Below are positions 60,056-64,000 of a DNA stretch of 64,000 bases, in pieces; within the stretch, counting starts at the first letter, position 1; each line of letters begins with the position of its first letter. Where the stretch lies: positions 4,620 to 68,619 of the forward strand of contig JBBRCK010000004.1 of the NCBI GenBank assembly GCA_038205015.1, in the 5' to 3' direction. A model generated the notes under the pieces. That model worked only from the letters and a program-made list of their open reading frames with translations. It had not been told where the DNA came from and ran no database searches. The DNA comes from Candidatus Levyibacteriota bacterium (GTDB taxonomy: Bacteria; Patescibacteriota; Microgenomatia; Levybacterales; UBA12049). The position numbers were made by a program, and so were the translations under genes.

Positions 60056-60619
60056 ATGAACGAGCTCCTTTTTGCAACAGGAAATAAAGGTAAAGCAGAT
60101 GAAGCAAGAAAAATGCTGGGTGTATCTATTGAAATAGCTGACATTGAAATAGACGAAGTTCAAAGCATGGATTTGGAATATATTTCTAGAAAAAAAGCTC
60201 AAGCTGCGTTTGACGTTTTGAAAAGACCGGTTATAACAGATGATGTGGGACTTTTTATAGATGCTTGGAATGGTTTTCCTGGACCTTTTGCTAAATTTGT
60301 CCTTGAAACAATAGGAGTTAAAGGACTTTTGGGTCTTTTAAAAAATGAAACTAATAGAAATGTTTTGGTAAAAAGTGCAGTTTCATATCATGACGGAAAC
60401 GAAGTTCACGTTTTTATCGGAGAAGTGCAGGGTACATTGGCTACAGAATCAAGAGGAGAGGAAGGATTTGGTTTTGATCCAATTATTATCCCAAATGGAG
60501 AGACCAGAACTTACGCGGAAATGGGGCTTGATGGAAAAAACAAGCTTTCTCACAGAAGAAGAGCATTTGACAAATTAAGAGACTTCTTAGATAGTCAAGA
60601 AACGCAAAAAGAGGTATAA
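60056..60619 (+). CDS. rdgB: non-canonical purine NTP pyrophosphatase (RdgB/HAM1)
   Basis: 187 aa; ATGNKGK, FGFDPI, KNKLSHRRRA motifs. Confidence 0.85.
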   Translation: MNELLFATGNKGKADEARKMLGVSIEIADIEIDEVQSMDLEYISRKKAQAAFDVLKRPVITDDVGLFIDAWNGFPGPFAKFVLETIGVKGLLGLLKNETNRNVLVKSAVSYHDGNEVHVFIGEVQGTLATESRGEEGFGFDPIIIPNGETRTYAEMGLDGKNKLSHRRRAFDKLRDFLDSQETQKEV

Positions 60620-60626
60620 TTTTATT

Positions 60627-61874
60627 ATGTTGGATATTAAATTTATCAGAGAAAATCCAGAAATTGTTGAAAAATCTGCAAAAGATAAGGGAATTGATGT
60701 TGATATAAAGCACATTTTAGAAATAGATGCTAAATTTAGAGAAATTTCTTTAAAAGTTCAAAAACTACGCGAAGAAAGAAACGCAAACTCTTCGGAAATT
60801 AAAGGCAAGCCAACTGCACAGCAGTTGACGCAAGGAAAAAATTTAAAAGTAAGTTTAGAAAAAGAAGAAGCTGTGTTAACCACTGTTGAGAACGAGCTAA
60901 ATGAAGGTCTTTTAAAAATTCCAAATCTGGCAAAGACGGATGTAAAGTTTGGAAAAAATGATACGGAAAATGATGTTATTAAAACAGTTGGAGAAATTAA
61001 AAAGTTTGATTTTAAAGCTCTTGATCACTTAGATTTGGGAGAAAAGTTGGACATTATAGACGTAAAATCAGCAGCAAAAGTTTCGGGAGCGCGCTTTGCA
61101 TATCTTAAAAACGATGGCGTACTTTTAGAATTTGCACTAATTCAATTTGGTTTGGAAACTTTAATAAAAGAGGGCTTTATTCCGGTTGTTCCGCCTGTTT
61201 TACTAACAAGAGAAACAATGAAAGCTTTGGGGTATATGGAAAATGGCGGCGAAGAGGACATGTATCATTTAGAAAAAGATGACATGTATTTAGTTGGAAC
61301 GGCAGAGCACGCTTTAGTTCCAATGCACAAGGATGAAATTTTTAATGAAAAAGATTTGCCTAAAAGATATGTCGGTTTTTCAACTGCTTTTAGAAGAGAA
61401 GCGGGAAGTTATGGTAAAGACACAAGGGGGATTTTAAGGGTTCATCAGTTTGATAAATTAGAAATGGTTTCTTTTGTAAAAGAAGGGGAAGATGATAAAG
61501 AGCATGAATATTTATTATCTCTGGAGCAAAAATTATTTGACGCACTGGAAATTCCTTATCAGGTTGTAAAAATGTGCACAGGGGATTTAGGATTTCCCGC
61601 TGCCAGAAAATACGATATTGAAGCATGGATGCCTGGACAAGATAAGTATAGGGAGGTCACATCAGTTTCTACGGTTACAGATTTTCAGTCAAGAAGATTG
61701 AATATAAAATACCAGTCAGGAAATGATAGGAAATACGTAAATATTTTAAATGGTACCGGTTTTGCAATCGGAAGAACAATCATTGCAATTATAGAAAATT
61801 ATCAAAACGAAGAAGGTTCTGTAAATGTTCCAAAAGTTTTACAAAAATATCTCGGAAAAAGTGTCATAAAATAG
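60627..61874 (+). CDS. serS: seryl-tRNA synthetase
   Basis: 415 aa; N-terminal coiled coil, class II motifs. Confidence 0.95.
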   Translation: MLDIKFIRENPEIVEKSAKDKGIDVDIKHILEIDAKFREISLKVQKLREERNANSSEIKGKPTAQQLTQGKNLKVSLEKEEAVLTTVENELNEGLLKIPNLAKTDVKFGKNDTENDVIKTVGEIKKFDFKALDHLDLGEKLDIIDVKSAAKVSGARFAYLKNDGVLLEFALIQFGLETLIKEGFIPVVPPVLLTRETMKALGYMENGGEEDMYHLEKDDMYLVGTAEHALVPMHKDEIFNEKDLPKRYVGFSTAFRREAGSYGKDTRGILRVHQFDKLEMVSFVKEGEDDKEHEYLLSLEQKLFDALEIPYQVVKMCTGDLGFPAARKYDIEAWMPGQDKYREVTSVSTVTDFQSRRLNIKYQSGNDRKYVNILNGTGFAIGRTIIAIIENYQNEEGSVNVPKVLQKYLGKSVIK

Positions 61875-61944
61875 TAAAATTAGCCTCTGTAAAATTGCTC
61901 GTTAAATCAACCTAAACACATCAGTTTGAAGCAAAGAAAAACCC

Positions 61945-61975
61945 TTGACAATAAAAATAAAATATTACATTATAA
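61945..61975 (+). promoter_or_regulatory. putative promoter TTGACA-17/19-CATTAT/TTATAA in serS-secA spacer
   Basis: TTGACA 61945-61950; AT-rich -10 candidates 61968-61975. Confidence 0.35.
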
Positions 61976-62035
61976 GATTGCTGTTTAACTTTATTTATTA
62001 AAGTTGAGCGAATTTATAAGGAGGTGATTCTGTCC

Positions 62036-62065
62036 ATGGCAAAGAAAAAGAAGAAGAAGAAATAG
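62036..62065 (+). CDS. mini-ORF MAKKKKKKK* with near-perfect SD (TAAGGAGGTGAT), candidate leader peptide
   Basis: ATG 62036, seven consecutive Lys codons (AAG/AAA), TAG 62063-62065; SD 62017-62028 with 7-nt spacer. Confidence 0.4.
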   Translation: MAKKKKKKK

Positions 62066-62098
62066 TTGGTAAGTAATTTGGAACATTACCAATTATTA

Positions 62099-62114
62099 CC
62101 AATTGATCAATTGG
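62099..62114 (+). repeat. perfect 16-nt palindrome CCAATTGATCAATTGG (preceded by TTACCAATT x2)
   Basis: Self-complementary; direct repeat TTACCAATT at 62086 and 62096. Confidence 0.5.
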
Positions 62115-62116
62115 TG

Positions 62117-62145
62117 AATCCCCCATCTTTAGGTGGGGGATTTTT
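62117..62145 (+). terminator. intrinsic terminator AATCCCCCA-8nt-TGGGGGATT + T-run, 28 nt upstream of secA ATG
   Basis: 9-bp perfect GC-containing stem followed by TTTTT. Confidence 0.6.
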
Positions 62146-62172
62146 AAACCTCAAGTGTGATAAAATTAAGCT

Positions 62173-63999
62173 ATGCTAAACGTCTTCGGTAAGTTATTTG
62201 ATTCCAACGAAAAAGAAATCAAAAGGTTAAAAGAAATTGTAGGAAAAATAAATTCTTTGGAAAAAGAAGTTAAAAAATTAAAGCTTACGGATTTCCCCAA
62301 AAAAACAAAAGAATTCAGAGAAAGAATTAAAGATGGAGAGCCGCTGGAAAATATTCTACCCGAAGTTTTTGCAGTTTCAAGAGAAGCGGCCTCAAGATCG
62401 ATCGGGCAAAGACACTATGATGTTCAACTAATGGCGTCAACGGTTTTGGCAGAAGGAAAAATAGCCGAGCAAAAAACCGGTGAAGGAAAAACATTATCAG
62501 CAATCCCCGCTTTATATCTTCATTCGTTAACCGGAAAGAACGTTCATTTAGTTACAGTAAACGATTACTTGGCAAGAAGAGATGCCGGTTGGATGGGTCC
62601 GGTTTTTAATCTTCTTGGTCTTTCAGTAGCTTCTATGATTAGTGAGGAAAGCTTTGTTTTTGATCCGGATTTTACCAATAAAGAAACAACCGATTTTAGA
62701 CTTTTGCATCTTAAGCCAATCACCAGAAAAGAGGCTTATGAAAAAGATGTTGTATATGGAATAAATTCCGAATTCGGTTTTGATTATTTAAGGGACAATA
62801 TGGCGCCTGACGCCGAAAGTTTGGTTCAAAAAGGATTCTACTTTGCAATTGTTGATGAAGTTGATTCGGTATTAATTGATGAAGCAAGAACTCCACACAT
62901 AATTTCAGCACCCGATGAGGCTCCTGCCCAAAAATATTATGAGTATGCAAAACTGGTTGATAAGTTGTCTTCGGACACCGATTATAAAATCGATGAAAAA
63001 TTGAGAACAGCTCATTTAACCGAACACGGAATTGAAAAAATAGAAAAAATTTATGGAGTTTCTAATATTTACGAAAAAGATTTCGATACGGTTTATCATT
63101 TGGAAGCGGCTTTAAAAGCTCGAACTCTCTTCCGTAGGGAAAAAGATTATATTGTAAAAGATAACGAAGTAATTTTAGTTGATGAGTTTACAGGAAGACT
63201 TATGGTTGGAAGAAGGCTTTCCGAAGGACTTCATCAGGCTATAGAAGCAAAAGAAAACGTAACGATTCAGAAGGAATCAAAAACTCTTGCAACGGTTTCT
63301 CTTCAAAATTATTTTAGAATGTATGAACACCTTGCGGGAATGACCGGAACAGCTGTTACGGAAGCTGAAGAGTTTAATAAAATCTATAAATTGGATGTCG
63401 TTGTTATCCCAACTCACAGGGAAATGATAAGAAAAGACTTATCAGATGCAATTTATAAAACATCCAGGGCAAAATATTCGGCCGTTGCCGTAGAAATTGA
63501 AAAAGCATACAAAAAAGGACAACCGGTTTTAGTTGGAACAACTTCGATTGAAAAAAATGAAATTGTCTCAGAACTTCTAAAAAGAAAAGGTATAAAACAT
63601 GAAGTCCTAAACGCAAAAAACCATTTAAGAGAAGCAGAGATTATTGCAAAAGCCGGAGAAAAAGGAGCAGTTACAGTTGCAACTAACATGGCAGGAAGAG
63701 GTGTTGATATTATTTTGGGCGGGGATACCCCGAAAACAAAAGATGGTGAGCAAAAAAGTGATACCAAAGAATGGAAAGACTGGGAGAAAAAACACCAAGA
63801 AGTTTTGGACTTGGGTGGGCTGTACGTAATCGGTACGGAAAGACATGAATCAAGAAGAATAGACAATCAGTTAAGAGGCCGCAGTGGAAGGCAGGGCGAT
63901 CCGGGACAATCACAATTCTTTGTAGGCTTGGATGATGATATCATGAGACTTTTTGGAGGAGAGACTATCTCAGGGTTAATGACGCGTTTTAACATGCCA
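62173..63999 (+). CDS. secA: preprotein translocase ATPase SecA (3'-truncated by window end)
   Basis: Hand translation MLNVFGKLFDSNEKEIKRL...MASTVLAEGKIAEQKTGEGKTL...VDEVDSVLIDEARTPHIIS; not in ORF track because no stop in window. Confidence 0.95.
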   Translation, partial: MLNVFGKLFDSNEKEIKRLKEIVGKINSLEKEVKKLKLTDFPKKTKEFRERIKDGEPLENILPEVFAVSREAASRSIGQRHYDVQLMASTVLAEGKIAEQKTGEGKTLSAIPALYLHSLTGKNVHLVTVNDYLARRDAGWMGPVFNLLGLSVASMISEESFVFDPDFTNKETTDFRLLHLKPITRKEAYEKDVVYGINSEFGFDYLRDNMAPDAESLVQKGFYFAIVDEVDSVLIDEARTPHIISAPDEAPAQKYYEYAKLVDKLSSDTDYKIDEKLRTAHLTEHGIEKIEKIYGVSNIYEKDFDTVYHLEAALKARTLFRREKDYIVKDNEVILVDEFTGRLMVGRRLSEGLHQAIEAKENVTIQKESKTLATVSLQNYFRMYEHLAGMTGTAVTEAEEFNKIYKLDVVVIPTHREMIRKDLSDAIYKTSRAKYSAVAVEIEKAYKKGQPVLVGTTSIEKNEIVSELLKRKGIKHEVLNAKNHLREAEIIAKAGEKGAVTVATNMAGRGVDIILGGDTPKTKDGEQKSDTKEWKDWEKKHQEVLDLGGLYVIGTERHESRRIDNQLRGRSGRQGDPGQSQFFVGLDDDIMRLFGGETISGLMTRFNMP

Positions 64000-64000
64000 G

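Noticed and set aside
63404-63913. Several 67-137 aa minus-strand ORFs at window end
   Set aside because: All are antisense to the clearly identifiable secA coding sequence
1-63999. CRISPR arrays, IS elements, integrases, phage or defence-island signatures
   Set aside because: Read through on both strands: no regularly spaced direct repeats, no transposase/integrase/recombinase ORFs, no terminal inverted repeats flanking the fusA-tuf insertion that I could see

Overview
This 64 kb window comes from a low-GC bacterium (roughly 35% GC by eye). It uses the standard genetic code, with TAA stops predominating. The window is dominated by the conserved transcription/translation core.

Gene order, 5' to 3':
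- A small accessory cluster: cupin, a degenerate NUDIX-like protein, and a minimal HExxH metalloprotease-like protein.
- A two-component RND efflux pump (membrane fusion protein plus RND permease), sitting where rplK-rplA-rplJ-rplL would usually precede rpoB.
- rpoB and rpoC.
- rpsL-rpsG-fusA, followed by a six-ORF non-ribosomal insertion, then tuf.
- rpsJ, then a long S10/spc/alpha block with its own promoter/attenuator-like leader: rplC-rplD-rplW-rplB-rpsS-rplV-rpsC-rplP-rpmC-rpsQ-rplN-rplX-rplE-rpsN(type Z)-rpsH-rplF-rplR-rpsE-rplO-secY-adk-cmk-map-infA-rpmJ-rpsM-rpsK-rpsD-rpoA-rplQ-rplM-rpsI.
- On the minus strand, a terminal isoprenoid cluster (tRNA-Pro, trans-prenyl diphosphate synthase, ispH, idi).
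- recA-recX, RNase Y, a GNAT acetyltransferase, HU, an AI-2E transporter, and an RNase P RNA gene on the minus strand.
- A minus-strand operon: UvrD-like helicase fused to an Fe-S nuclease, a cupredoxin-like protein, rmuC, tsaD, a DUF192 protein, a cytidylyltransferase and a VanW protein.
- An orphan solute-binding protein, greA, kbl-tdh, class-I lysyl-tRNA synthetase, rdgB, serS and a 3'-truncated secA.

Two genes are missed by the ORF track: rpmJ (L36) and a tRNA-Pro(GGG). An RNase P RNA was also identified. Several ORF-track starts are over-extended and were trimmed to the conserved N-termini.

The block has several oddities. There is no L30 gene between rpsE and rplO. cmk sits between adk and map. 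L24 carries a C-terminal zinc ribbon. L3, L4, S12 and L17 have low-complexity extensions. rpoC has an enlarged coiled-coil insertion. The S10-block promoter and attenuator-like leader lie downstream of rpsJ (before rplC) rather than before rpsJ as in E. coli. These traits suggest a streamlined, Patescibacteria/CPR-like lineage, but that is inference only.

I found no CRISPR array, IS element, integrase or recognisable defence system. The most unusual loci are the fusA-tuf insertion, the secA leader (a strongly SD-driven MAKKKKKKK mini-ORF followed by a palindrome and a terminator), and several promoter-plus-hairpin leaders (rpoB, tuf, rplC, infA, greA).
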